Origin: Eledone cirrhosa
Lineage: Eukaryota
Direction of reading: 5' to 3'
Length of the DNA stretch: 64,000 bases
Assembly (NCBI GenBank): GCA_964016885.1
Contig: OZ024741.1
Span: 229,276,001-229,340,000 of the forward strand
Part shown: one piece after another, positions 38,401 to 56,883 of the stretch
Numbering within the stretch: position 1 is the first letter of the stretch
How the letters are laid out: each line of letters begins with the position of its first letter
Program-made: the position numbers and the translations under genes
Notes under the pieces: generated by a model
What the model was told of the DNA's origin: nothing
Database searches by the model: none
What the model saw: only the letters and a program-made list of their open reading frames with translations

Positions 38401-41400
38401 ACTGTTACATATACACACCAGACTGATATGCATACACACCAGACTGATACACATATACACCAGACTGATACACATACACACCAGACTGATATACATACAC
38501 ACCAGACTGATATACATACACACCAGACTGATATACATACACACCAGACTGATACACATACACACCAGACTGATACATATACACACCAGACTGATACACA
38601 TACACACCAGACTGATATACATACACACCAGACTGATACACATACACACCAGACTGATACACATACACACCAGACTGATACACATACACACCAGACTGAT
38701 ATACATACACACCAGACTGATATACATACACACCAGACTGATACACATACACACCAGACTGATACATATACACACCAGACCGATACACATACACACCAGA
38801 CTGATATACATACACACCAGACTGATACACATACACACCAGACTGATACATATACACACCAGACTGATACACATACACACCAGACTGATATACATACACA
38901 TCAGACTGATATACATACACACCAGACTGATACACATACACACCAGACTGATACACATACACACCAGACTGATACAGATACACACCAGACTGATATACAT
39001 ATACACCAGACTGATACACATACACACCAGACTGATATACATACACACCAGACTGATATACATACACACCAGACTGATACACATACACACCAGACTGATA
39101 CACATACACACCAGACTGATACAAATACACACTAGACTGATACACATACACACCACACTGATATACATACACACCAGACTGATACACATACACACCAGAC
39201 TGATACACATACACACCAGACTGATACACATACACACCAGACTGATATACATACACACCAGACTGATACACATACACACCAGACTGATACACATACACAC
39301 CAGAATGATACACATACACTCCAGACTGATACACATACACACCAGACTGATACACATACACACCAGACTGATACACATACACACCAGACTGATATACATA
39401 CACACCAGACTGATACACATACACACCAGACTGATACACATATACACCAGACTGATACACATACACACCAGACTGATATACATACACACTAGACTGATAT
39501 GCATAAACACCAGACTGATACAAACACACACCAGACTGATACACATACACACCAGACTGATATGCATACACCCCAGACTGATACAAATACACACCAGACT
39601 TATACACATACACACCAGACTGATATACATACACACCAGACTGATACACATACACACCAGACTGATACACATACACACCAGACTGATACACATACACACC
39701 AGACTGATACACACACACACCAGACTGATACACATACACACCAGACTGATACACACACACACCAGACTGATACACATACACATCAGACTGATATACATAC
39801 ACACCAAACTGATACACATACACACCAGACTGATACACATACACACCAGACTGATACACATACACACCAGACTGATACACATACACACCAGACTGATACA
39901 CATACACACCAGACTGATACACATACACACCAGACTGATACACATACACACCAGACTGATACAGATACACACCAGACTGATATACATATACACCAGACTG
40001 ATACACATACACACCAGACCGATATACATACACACCATACTGATACACATACACACCAGACTGATACACATACACACCAGACTGATACACATACACACCA
40101 GAATGATACACATACACACCAGACTGATATACATACACACCAGACTGATACACATACACACCAGACTGATACACATACACACCAGACTGATACACATACA
40201 CACCAGACTGATACACATACACACCAGACTGATATACATACACCCCAGGCTTATATACATACACACCAGACTGATATACATACACACCAGACTGATACAC
40301 ATACACACCAGACTGATACACATACACCCCAGGCTTATATACATACACACCAGACTGATATACATACACACCAGACTGATACACATACACACCAGACTGA
40401 TACACATACTCACCAGACTGATACACTTACACACCAGTCTGATACACATACACACCAGAATGATACACATACACACCAGACTGATACACATACACACCAG
40501 ACTGATACACATACACACCAGACTGATATACATACACACCAGACTGATATACATACACACCAGACTGATATACATACAGACCAGACTGATATACATACAC
40601 ACCAGACTGATACACATACACACCAGACTGATACACATACACACCAGACTGATACACATACACACCAGACTGATATACATACACACCAGACTGATACACA
40701 TACACACCAGACTGATACACATACACACCAGACTGATACACATACTCACCAGACTGATACACTTACACACCAGACTGATACACATACACACCAGACTGAT
40801 ACACATACACACCAAACTGATACACATACACACCAGACTGATACACATAAACACCAGACTGATACACATACACACAAGACTGATATACATACACACCAGA
40901 CTGATACACACACACTCCAGACTGATGTACATACACACCAGACTGATACACATACACACCAGACTGATACACATACACACCAGACTGATACACATACACA
41001 CCAGACTGATACACATACACACCAGACTGATATACATACACACCAGACTGATACACATACACACCAGAATGATACACATACACACCAGACTGATATACAT
41101 ACACACCAGACTGATACACATACACACCAGACTGATATACATACACACCAGACTGATACACATACACACCAGACTGATACAAACACACACCAGACTGATA
41201 CACATACACACCAGACTGATATGCATACACCCCAGACTGATATACATACACACCAGACTGATATACACACACACCAGACTGATACAAATACACACCAGAC
41301 TGATACACATACACACCAGACTGATACACATACACACCAGACTGATATACACACACACCAGACTGATATACAAACACACCAGACTGATACACATACACAC

Positions 41401-43669
41401 CAGACTGATACACATACACACCAGACTTATACAAATACACACCAGACTGATACACATACACACCAGACTGATATACATACACACCAGACTGATACACATA
41501 AACACCAGACTAATACAGATACAAACCAAACTGATACACATACACACCAGACTGATATACACACACAACAGACTGATACACATACACACCAGACTGATAT
41601 GCATACACCCCAGACTGATATACATACACACCAGACTGATACACATACACACCAGACTGATACAAATACACACCAGACTGATATACATACACACCAGACT
41701 GATACAGATACACACCAGACTGATACACATACACACCAGACTGATACACATACACACCAGACTGATACACGTACACACCAGACTGATATACATACATACC
41801 AGACTGATACACATACACACCAGACTGATACACATACACAGCAGACTGATATACATACACACCAGACTGATACACATACACACCAGACTGCTATACATAC
41901 ACACCAGACTAATATACAAACACACCAGACTGAAACACATACACACCAGTCTGATACACATACACACCAGACTGATATACATACACACCAGACTGATACA
42001 CATACACACCAGACTGATACATATACACACCAGACTGATACACATACACACCAGACTGATATACATACACACCAGACTGATATACATACACACCAGACTG
42101 ATACACATACACACCAGACTGATACATATACACACCAGACTGATACACAAACACACCAGACTGATATACATACACACCAGACTGATATACATACACACCA
42201 GACTGATATACATACACACCAGACTGATATACATACACACCTGACTGATACACATACACACCAGACTGATACACATACACACCAGACTGATATACATACA
42301 CACCAGACTGATATACATACACACCAGACTGATACACATACACACCAGACTGATACATATACACACCAGACTGATACACATACACACCAGACTGATATAC
42401 ATACACACCAGACTGATATACATACACACAGACTGATATACATACACACCAGACTGATACACATACACACCAGACTGATACATATACACACCAGACTGAT
42501 ACACATACACACCAGACTGATATACATACACACCAGACTGATACACATACACACCAGACTGATACACATACACACCAGACTGATACACATACACACCAGA
42601 CTGATATACATACACACCAGACTGATATACATACACACCAGACTGATACACATACACACCAGACTGATACATATACACACCAGACCGATACACATACACA
42701 CCAGACTGATATACATACACACCAGACTGATACATATACACACCAGACTGATACACATACACACCAGACTGATATACATACACACCAGACTGATACACAT
42801 ACACACCAGACTGATACATATACACACCAGACTGATACACATACACACCAGACTGATATACATACACATCAGACTGATATACATACACACCAGACTGATA
42901 CACATACACACCAGACTGATACACATACACACCAGACTGATACAGATACACACCAGACTGATATACATATACACCAGACTGATACACATACACACCAGAC
43001 TGATATACATACACACCAGACTGATATACATACACACCAGACTGATACACATACACACCAGACTGATACACATACACACCAGACTGATACAAATACACAC
43101 TAGACTGATACACATACACACCACACTGATATACATACACACCAGACTGATATACATACACACCAGACTGATACACATACACACCAGACTGATACACATA
43201 CACACCAGACTGATATACATACACACCAGACTGATACACATACACACCAGACTGATACACATACACACCAGAATGATACACATACACTCCAGACTGATAC
43301 ACATACACACCAGACTGATACACATACACACCAGACTGATACACATACACACCAGACTGATATACATACACACCAGACTGATACACATACACACCAGACT
43401 GATACACATATACACCAGACTGATACACATACACACCAGACTGATATACATACACACTAAACTGATATGCATAAACACCAGACTGATACAAACACACACC
43501 AGACTGATACACATACACACCAGACTGATATGCATACACCCCAGACTGATACAAATACACACCAGACTGATATACATACACACCAGACTGATACACATAC
43601 ACACCAGACTGATACACATACACACCAGAATGATACACATACACACCAGACTGATATACATACACACCA

Positions 43670-44015
43670 GACTGATACACATACGCACCAGACTGATACA
43701 CATACACACCAGACTGATAAACATACACACAAGACTGATATACACATACACACCAGACTGATACACATACACACCACACTGATAAACATACACACCAGAC
43801 TGATAAACATACACACAAGACTGATTGATATACATACACGCCAGACTGATACACATACACACCAGACTGATACACATACACACCAGACTGATAAACATAC
43901 ACACAAGACTGATATACACATACACACCAGACTGATACACATACACACCAGACTGATACACATACACACCAGACTGATAAACATACACACCAGACTGATA
44001 TACACACACACCAGA
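43670..44015. repeat. Indel-rich junction cassette (type 2, B-to-A boundary)
   Basis: 23-mer at 43733, 25-mer at 43819, 23-mer at 43907. Its 3' part matches window positions 1-150. Confidence 0.85.
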
Positions 44016-45168
44016 CTGTTACATATACACACCAGACTGATATGCATACACACCAGACTGATACACATATACACCAGACTGATACAAATACACACCTGAT
44101 TGATATACATACACACCAGTCTGATACACATACACACCAGAATGATACACATACACACCAGACTGATACACATACACACCAGACTGATACACATACACAC
44201 CAGACTGATATACATACACACCAGACTGATACACATACACACCAGACTGATATACATACACACCAGACTGATATACACACACACCAGACTGATACACATA
44301 CACACTAGACTGACATACATACACACCAGACTGATATACATACACACCAGACTGATACACATACACACCGGACTGATACACATACACACCAGACTGACAT
44401 ACATACACACCAGACTGATACACATACACACCAGACTGATACACATACACACCAGACTGACATACATACACACCAGACTGATATACACACACACTAGACT
44501 GATACACATACACACCAGACTGATACACATACACACCAGACTGATACACATACACACCAGACTGATATACACACACACCAGACTGATACACATGCACACC
44601 AGACTGATATACATACACACCAGACTGATACACATACACACCAGACTGATACACATACACACCAGACTGATACACATACACACCAGACTGATACACATAC
44701 ACACCAGACTGATATACATACACACCAGACTGATACACATACACACCAGACTGATATACATACACACCAGACTGATACACATACACACCAGACTGATACA
44801 CATACACACCAGAATGATACACATACACTCCAGACTGATATACATACACACCAGACTGATATACATACACACCAGACTGATACACATACACACCAGACTG
44901 ATACACATACACACCAGACTGATACACATACACACCAGACTGGTACAGATACACACCAGACTGATATACATATACACCAGACTGATACACATACACACCA
45001 GACTGATATACATACACACCATACTGATACACATACACACCAGACTGATACACATACACACCAGACTGATACACATACACACCAGAATGATACACATACA
45101 CACCAGACTGATATACATACACACCAGACTGATACATATACACACCAGACTGATACACATACACACCA

Positions 45169-46470
45169 GACTGATACATATACACACCAGTCTGATACAC
45201 ATACACACCAGAATGATACACATACACACCAGACTGATACACATACACACCAGACTGATACACATACACACAAGACTGAAACACATACACACCAGACTGA
45301 TACACATACACACCAGACTGATACACATACACACCAGACTGATACACATACACACCAGACTGATACACATACACACCAGACTGATATACATACACACCAG
45401 ACTGATACACATACACACCAGAATGATACACATACACACCAGACTGATATACATACACACCAGACTGATACACATACACACCAGACTGATATACATACAC
45501 ACCAGACTGATACACATACACACCAGACTGATATACCTACACACCAGACTGATACACATACACACCAGACTGATACAAACACACACCAGACTGATATACA
45601 CACACACCAGACTGATACACATGCACACCAGACTGATATACATACACATCAGACTGATACACATACACACCAGACTGATACACATACACACCAGACTGAT
45701 ATACATACACACCAGACTGATACACATACACACCAGACTGATACACATACACACCAGACTGTTAAACATACACACCAGACTGATATACACACACACCAGA
45801 CTGATACATATACACACCAGACTGATACACATACACACCAGTCTGATACACATACACACCAGAATGATACACATACACACCAGACTGATACACATACACA
45901 CCAGACTGATACACATACACACAAGACTGAAACACATACACACCAGACTGATACACATACACACCAGACTGATACACATACACACCAGACTGATACACAT
46001 ACACACCAGACTGATACACATACACACCAGACTGATATACATACACACCAGACTGATACACATACACACCAGAATGATACACATACACACCAGACTGATA
46101 TACATACACACCAGACTGATACACATACACACCAGACTGATATACATACACATCAGACTGATACACATACACACCAGACTGATATACCTACACACCAGAC
46201 TGATACACATACACACCAGACTGATACAAACACACACCAGACTGATATACACACACACCAGACTGATACACATGCACACCAGACTGATATACATACACAT
46301 CAGAATGATACACATACACACCAGACTGATACACATACAAACCAGACTGATATACATACACACCAGACTGATACACATACACACCCGACTGATACACATA
46401 CACACCAGACTGTTAAACATACACACCAGACTGATACACACACACACCAGACTGATACATATACACACCA
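45169..46470. repeat. 651-bp tandem duplication, counterpart in super-repeat copy 2
   Basis: Landmarks 45537/46188 and 45762/46413, offset 651. Confidence 0.9.
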
Positions 46471-48249
46471 GACTGATATACATACACACCAGACTGATAC
46501 ACATATACACCAGACTGATACAAATACACACCTGATTGATATACATACACACCAGACTGATACACATACACACCAGAATGATACACATACACACCAGACT
46601 GATACACATACACACCAGACTGATACACATACACACCAGACTGATATACATACACACCAGACTGATACACATACACACCAGACTGATATATATACACACC
46701 AGACTGATATACACACACACCAGACTGATACACATACACATTAGACTGACATACATACACACCAGACTGATATACATACACACCAGACTGATACACATAC
46801 ACACCAGACTGATACACATACACACCAGACTGACATACATACACACCAGACTGATACACATACACACCAGACTGATACACATACACACCCGACTGACATA
46901 CATACATACCAGACTGATATACACACACACCAGACTGATACACATACACACCAGACTGATACACATACACACCAGACTGATACACATACACACCAGACTG
47001 ATATACACACACACCAGACTGATACACATGCACACCAGACTGATATACATACACACCAGACTGATACACATACACACCAGACTGATACACATACACACCA
47101 GGCTGATACACATACACACCAGACTGATACACATACACACCAGACTGATATACATACACACCAGACTGATACACATACACACCAGAATGATACACATACA
47201 CTCCAGACTGATATACATACACACCAGACTGATATACATAAACACCAGACTGATACACATACACACCAGACTGATACACATACACACCAGACTGATACAC
47301 ATACACACCAGACTGATACACATACACACCAGACTGATACACATACACACCAGACTGATACACATACACACCAGACTGATACACATACACACCAGACTGA
47401 TACAGATACACACCAGACTGATATACATATACACCAGACTGATACACATACTCACCAGACTGATATACATACACACCAGACTGATACACATACACACCAG
47501 ACTGATACAGATACACACCAGACTGATATACATATACACCAGACTGATACAGATACACACCAGACTGATACACATACACACCAGAATGATACACATACAC
47601 ACCAGACTGATATACATACACACCAGACTGATACACATACACACCAGACTGATACACATACACACCAGACTGATACACATACACACCAGACTGATACACA
47701 TACACACCAGACTGATACACATACACACCAGACTGATACACATACACACCAGACTGATACACATACACACCAGACTGATACACATACACACCAGACTGAT
47801 ATACATACACACCAGACTGATACACATACACACCAGAATGATACACATACACACCAGACTGATATACATACACACCAGACTGATACACATACACACCAGA
47901 CTGATATACATACACACCAGACTGATACACATACACACCAGACTGATATACCTACACACCAGACTGATACACATACACACCACACTGATACAAACACACA
48001 CCAGACTGATATATACACACACCAGACTGATACACATGCACACCAGACTGATATACATACACACCAGACTGATACACATACACACCAGACTGATACACAT
48101 ACACACCAGACTGATACACATACACACCAGACTGATACACATACACACCAGACTGATATACATACACACCAGACTGATACACATACACACCAGACTGATA
48201 TACATACACACCAGACTGATACACATACACACCAGACTGATACACATAC

Positions 48250-51200
48250 ACACCAGAATGATACACATACACTCCAGACTGATATACATACACACCAGAC
48301 TGATATACACACACACCAGACTGATACACATACACACTAGACTGACATACATACACACCAGACTGATATACATACACACCAGACTGATACACATACACAC
48401 CAGACTGATACACATACACACCAGACTGACATACATACACACCAGACTGATACACATACACACCAGACTGATACACATACACACCAGACTGATACACATA
48501 CACACCAGACTGATATTCATACACACTAGACTGATATACACACACACCAGACTGATACACATGCACACCAGACTGATATACATACACACCAGACTGATAC
48601 ACATACACACCAGACTGATACACATACACACCAGACTGATACACATACACACCAGACTGATACACATACACACCAGACTGATATACATACACACCAGACT
48701 GATATACATACACTCCAGACTGATACACATACACACCAGACTTATACACATACACACCAGACTGATACACATACACACCAGACTGATACACATACACACC
48801 AGACTGATACACATACACTCCAGACTGATACACATAAACACCAGACTGATACACATACACACCAGACTGATATACATACACACCAGACTGATACACATAC
48901 ACTCCAGACTGATACATATACACACCAGACTGATACACATACACACCCGACTGATACACATACACACCAGACTGATACACATACACTCCAGACTGATACA
49001 TATAAACACCAGACTGATACACATACACACCAGACTGATACACATACACACCAGACTGATACACATACACTCCAGACTGATACACATAAACACCAGACTG
49101 ATACACATACACACCAGACTGATATACATACACACCAGACTGATACACATAAACACCAGACTGATACACATACACACCAGACTGATACACATACACACCA
49201 GACTGATATACATACACACCAGACTGATACACATACACTCCAGACTGATACATATACACACCAGACAGATACACATACACACCAGACTGATACACATACA
49301 CACCAGACTGATACACATACACTCCAGACTGATACACATAAACACCAGACTGATACACATACACACCAGACTGATACACATACACACCAGACTGATACAC
49401 ATACACTCCAGACTGATACACATAAACACCAGACTGATACACATACACACCAGACTGATATACATACACATCAGACTGATACACATAAACACCAGACTGA
49501 TACACATACACACCAGACTGGTACACATACACACCAGACTGATACACATACACACCAGACTGATATACATACACACCAGACTGATATACATACACACCAG
49601 ACTGATACATATACACACCAGACTGATACACATACACACCAGACTGATACACATACACACTTGACTGATATACATACACACCAGAGTGATATACAAACAC
49701 ACCAGACTGATACACATACAGACCAGACTGATACACACACACACCAGACTGATACACATACACACCAGACTGATATACACACACACCAGACTGATACACA
49801 TACACACCAGAATGATACACATACACTCCAGACTGATATACATACACACCAGACTGATATACACACACACCAGACTGATACACATACACACTAGACTGAC
49901 ATACATACACACCAGACTGATATACATACACACCAGACTGATACACATACACACCAGACTGATACACATACACACCAGACTGACATACATACACACCAGA
50001 CTGATACACATACACACCAGACTGATACACATACACACCAGACTGATACACATACACACCAGACTGATATTCATACACACTAGACTGATATACACACACA
50101 CCAGACTGATACACATGCACACCAGACTGATATACATACACACCAGACTGATACACATACACACCAGACTGATACACATACACACCAGACTGATACACAT
50201 ACACACCAGACTGATACACATACACACCAGACTGATATACATACACACCAGACTGATATACATACACTCCAGACTGATACACATACACACCAGACTTATA
50301 CACATACACACCAGACTGATACACATACACACCAGACTGATACACATACGCACCAGACTGATACACATACACTCCAGACTGATACACATAAACACCAGAC
50401 TGATACACATACACACCAGACTGATATACATACACACCAGACTGATACACATACACTCCAGACTGATACATATACACACCAGACTGATACACATACACAC
50501 CCGACTGATACACATACACACCAGACTGATACACATACACTCCAGACTGATACATATAAACACCAGACTGATACACATACACACCAGACTGATACACATA
50601 CACACCAGACTGATACACATACACTCCAGACTGATACACATAAACACCAGACTGATACACATACACACCAGACTGATATACATACACACCAGACTGATAC
50701 ACATAAACACCAGACTGATACACATACACACCAGACTGATACACATACACACCAGACTGATATACATACACACCAGACTGATACACATACACTCCAGACT
50801 GATACACATACACACCAGACTGATACACATACACACCAGACTGATACACATACACACCAGACTGATACACATACACTCCAGACTGATACACATAAACACC
50901 AGACTGATACACATACACACCAGACTGATATACATACACATCAGACTGATACACATACACTCCAGACTGATACATATACACACCAGACTGATACACATAC
51001 ACACCCGACTGATACACATACACACCAGACTGATACACATACACTCCAGACTGATACATATAAACACCAGACTGATACACATACACACCAGACTGATACA
51101 CATACACACCAGACTGATACACATACACTCCAGACTGATACACATAAACACCAGACTGATACACATACACACCAGACTGATATACATACACACCAGACTG

Positions 51201-53370
51201 ATACACATAAACACCAGACTGATACACATACACACCAGACTGATACACATACACACCAGACTGATATACATACACACCAGACTGATACACATACACTCCA
51301 GACTGATACATATACACACCAGACAGATACACATACACACCAGACTGATACACATACACACCAGACTGATACACATACACTCCAGACTGATACACATAAA
51401 CACCAGACTGATACACATACACACCAGACTGATACACATACACACCAGACTGATACACATACACTCCAGACTGATACACATAAACACCAGACTGATACAC
51501 ATACACACCAGACTGATATACATACACATCAGACTGATACACATAAACACCAGACTGATACACATACACACCAGACTGGTACACATACACACCAGACTGA
51601 TACACATACACACCAGACTGATATACATACACACCAGACTGATATACATACACACCAGACTGATACATATACACACCAGACTGATACACATACACACCAG
51701 ACTGATACACATACACACTTGACTGATATACATACACACCAGAGTGATATACAAACACACCAGACTGATACACATACAGACCAGACTGATACACACACAC
51801 ACCAGACTGATACACATACACACCAGACTGATATACACACACACCAGACTGATACACATACACACCAGAATGATACACATACACTCCAGACTGATATACA
51901 TACACACCAGACTGATATACACACACACCAGACTGATACACATACACACTAGACTGACATACATACACACCAGACTGATATACATACACACCAGACTGAT
52001 ACACATACACACCAGACTGATACACATACACACCAGACTGACATACATACACACCAGACTGATACACATACACACCAGACTGATACACATACACACCAGA
52101 CTGATACACATACACACCAGACTGATATTCATACACACTAGACTGATATACACACACACCAGACTGATACACATGCACACCAGACTGATATACATACACA
52201 CCAGACTGATACACATACACACCAGACTGATACACATACACACCAGACTGATACACATACACACCAGACTGATACACATACACACCAGACTGATATACAT
52301 ACACACCAGACTGATATACATACACTCCAGACTGATACACATACACACCAGACTTATACACATACACACCAGACTGATACACATACACACCAGACTGATA
52401 CACATACGCACCAGACTGATACACATACACTCCAGACTGATACACATAAACACCAGACTGATACACATACACACCAGACTGATATACATACACACCAGAC
52501 TGATACACATACACTCCAGACTGATACATATACACACCAGACTGATACACATACACACCCGACTGATACACATACACACCAGACTGATACACATACACTC
52601 CAGACTGATACATATAAACACCAGACTGATACACATACACACCAGACTGATACACATACACACCAGACTGATACACATACACTCCAGACTGATACACATA
52701 AACACCAGACTGATACACATACACACCAGACTGATATACATACACACCAGACTGATACACATAAACACCAGACTGATACACATACACACCAGACTGATAC
52801 ACATACACACCAGACTGATATACATACACACCAGACTGATACACATACACTCCAGACTGATACATATACACACCAGACAGATACACATACACACCAGACT
52901 GATACACATACACACCAGACTGATACACATACACTCCAGACTGATACACATAAACACCAGACTGATACACATACACACCAGACTGATACACATACACACC
53001 AGACTGATACACATACACTCCAGACTGATACACATAAACACCAGACTGATACACATACACACCAGACTGATATACATACACATCAGACTGATACACATAA
53101 ACACCAGACTGATACACATACACACCAGACTGATACACATACACACCAGACTGATACACATACACACCAGACTGATATACATACACACCAGACTGATATA
53201 CATACACACCAGACTGATACATATACACACCAGACTGATACACATACACACCAGACTGATACACATACACACTTGACTGATATACATACACACCAGAGTG
53301 ATATACAAACACACCAGACTGATACACATACAGACCAGACTGATACACACACACACCAGACTGATACACA
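48250..53370. repeat. Triplication of a 1554-bp (74-monomer) block; the middle copy carries an extra 504 bp
   Basis: GATATTCAT variant at ~48517, 50071 and 52129 (offsets 1554, 2058). CACTTGA at 49661, 51719 and 53273 (offsets 2058, 1554). Confidence 0.85.
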
Positions 53371-56300
53371 TACACACCAGACTGATATACACATACACAC
53401 CAGACTTATACACATACACACCAGACTGATACACATACACACCAGACTGATACACATACACACCAGACTGATACACATACACACGAGACTGATATACATA
53501 CACAGCAGACTGATATACATACACACCAGACTGATATACATACACACCAGACTGATATACATACACACGGGACTGATACACATACACACCAGACTGATAC
53601 ACATACACACCAGACTGACATACATACACACCAGACTGATACACATACACACCAGACTGATACACATACACACCAGACTGACATACATACACACCAGACT
53701 GATATACACACACACCAGACTGATACACATACACACCAGACTGATACACATACACACCAGACTGATACACATACACACCAGACTGATATACACACACACC
53801 AGACTGATACACATACACACCAGAATGATACACATACACTCCAGACTGATATACATACACACCAGACTGATACACATACACACCAGACTGATACACATAC
53901 ACACCAGACTGATACACATACACACCAGACTGATACACATACACACCAGACTGATACACATACACACCAGACTGATACACATACACACCAGACTGATACA
54001 CATACACACCAGACTGATACAGATACACACCAGACTGATATACATATACACCAGACTGATACACATACACACCAGACTGATACACATACACACCAGAATG
54101 ATACACATACACTCCAGACTGATATACATACACACCAGACTGATATACACACACACCAGACTGATACACATACACACCAGACTGACATACATACACACCA
54201 GACTGATATACATACACACCAGACTGATACACATACACACCAGACTGATACACATACACACCAGAGTGATATACATAAACACCAGACTGATACACATACA
54301 CACCAGACTGATACACATACACACCAGACTGATACACATACACACCAGACTGATATACATACACACCAGACTGATACACATACACACCAGACTGATACAC
54401 ATACACACCAGACTGATACACATACACACCAGACTGATACACATACTCACCAGACTGATACACATACACACCAGAATGATACACATACACTCCAGACTGA
54501 TATACATACACACCAGACTGATATACATACACACCAGACTGATACACATACACACCAGACTGATACACATACACACCAGACTGATACACATACACACCAG
54601 ACTGATACACATACACACCAGACTGATACACATACACACCAGACTGATACACATACACACCAGACTGATACACATACACACCAGACTGATACAGATACAC
54701 ACCAGACTGATATACATATACACCAGACTGATACACATACACACCAGACTGATATACATACACACCATACTGATACACATACACACCAGACTGATACACA
54801 TACACACCAGACTGATACACATACACACCAGAATGATATACATACACACCAGACTGATACACATACACACCAGACTGATATACATACACACCAGACTGAT
54901 ACACATACACACCAGAATGATACACATACACACCAGACTGATATACATACACACCAGACTGATACACATACACACCAGACTGATATACATACACACCAGA
55001 CTGATACACATACACACCAGACTGATATACATACACACCAGACTGATACACATACACACCAGACTGATACACATACACACCAGACTGATACACATACACA
55101 CCAGACTGATACACATACACACCAGACTGATACAGATACACACCAGACTGATATACATATACACCAGACTGATACACATACACACCAGACTGATACACAT
55201 ACACACCAGAATGATACACATACACTCCAGACTGATATACATACACACCAGACTGATACACAGACTGATATACATACACACCAGACTGATATACATACAC
55301 ACCAGACTGATATACATATACACCAGACTGATACACATACACACCAGACTGATACACATAAACACCAGACTGATACACATACACACCAGACTGATATACA
55401 TACACACCAGACTGATACACATAAACACCAGACTGATACACATACACACCAGACTGATACACATACACACCAGACTGATATACATACACACCAGACTGAT
55501 ACACATACACTCCAGACTGATACATATACACACCAGACAGATACACATACACACCAGACTGATACACATACACACCAGACTGATACACATACACTCCAGA
55601 CTGATACACATAAACACCAGACTGATACACATACACACCAGACTGATACACATACACACCAGACTGATACACATACACTCCAGACTGATACACATACACA
55701 CCAGACTGATATACATACACACCAGACTGATACACATAAACACCAGACTGATACACATACACACCAGACTGATACACATACACACCAGACTGATACACAT
55801 ACACACCAGACTGATATACATACACACCAGACTGATATACATACACACCAGACTGATACATATACACACCAGACTGATACACATACACACCAGACTGATA
55901 CACATACACACTTGACTGATATACATACACACCAGAGTGATATACAAACACACCAGACTGATACACATACAGACCAGACTGATACACACACACACCAGAC
56001 TGATACACATACACACCAGACTGATATACACATACACACCAGACTGATACACATACACTCCAGACTGATACACATAAACACCAGACTGATACACATACAC
56101 ACCAGACTGATACACATACACACCAGACTGATACACATATACTCCAGACTGATACACATAAACACCAGACTGATACACATACACACCAGACTGATATACA
56201 TACACACCAGACTGATACACATAAACACCAGACTGATACACATACACACCAGACTGATACACATACACACCAGACTGATACACATACACACCAGACTGAT

Positions 56301-56883
56301 ATACATACACACCAGACTGATACACATACACACCAGACTGATACACATACACACCAGACTGATACACATACACACTTGACTGATATACATACACACCAGA
56401 GTGATATACAAACACACCAGACTGATACACATACAGACCAGACTGATACACACACACACCAGACTGATACACATACACACCAGACTGATATACACATACA
56501 CACCAGACTTATACACATACACACCAGACTGATACACATACACACCAGACTGATACACATACACACCAGACTGATACACATACACACGAGACTGATATAC
56601 ATACACACCAGACTGATATACATACACACCAGACTGATATACATACACACCAGACTGATATACATACACACGGGACTGATACACATACACACCAGACTGA
56701 TACACATACACACCAGACTGATTCACATACACACCAGACAGATACACATACACACCAGACTGATACACATACACACCAGACTGATACACATACACACCAG
56801 ACTGATATACATACACAGCAGACTGATACACATACACACCAGAATGATACACATACACACCAAACTGATATACATACACACCA

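Larger units (their letters stand above)
34930..40490. repeat. 2780-bp tandem duplication including one indel cassette
   Basis: Offsets 2780 (35073/37853, 35425/38205, 36719/39499, 37647/40427); 2780 = 132 x 21 + 8. Confidence 0.9.
19560..43670. repeat. Variant domain B (copy 1); the first ~1.6 kb is A-like before the B markers begin
   Basis: Diagnostic variants CACCCCAGGCTTAT, CACTTACAC, TATGCATACACCCC, GACTAATACAGATACAAACCAAACTG, CACGTACAC, TATGCATAAAC and CACCTGACTG recur from ~21.2 kb to ~43.5 kb. Confidence 0.75.
1..43864. repeat. First copy of a ~43.9-kb super-repeat (domain A + domain B)
   Basis: Sequence at 1 (GACTGATACACATACACACCAGACTGATAAACATACACACAAGACTGATATACAC...) recurs at 43865. 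ORF-track landmarks 236/44100, 1673/45537, 2324/46188, 2672/46536 and 3588/47452 all have offset 43,864. Confidence 0.9.
44015..56880. repeat. Variant domain A (copy 2)
   Basis: Same A markers in the same order as 1-19220, but shorter: cassette-to-cassette distance 13,214 (43819 to 57033). Confidence 0.75.
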
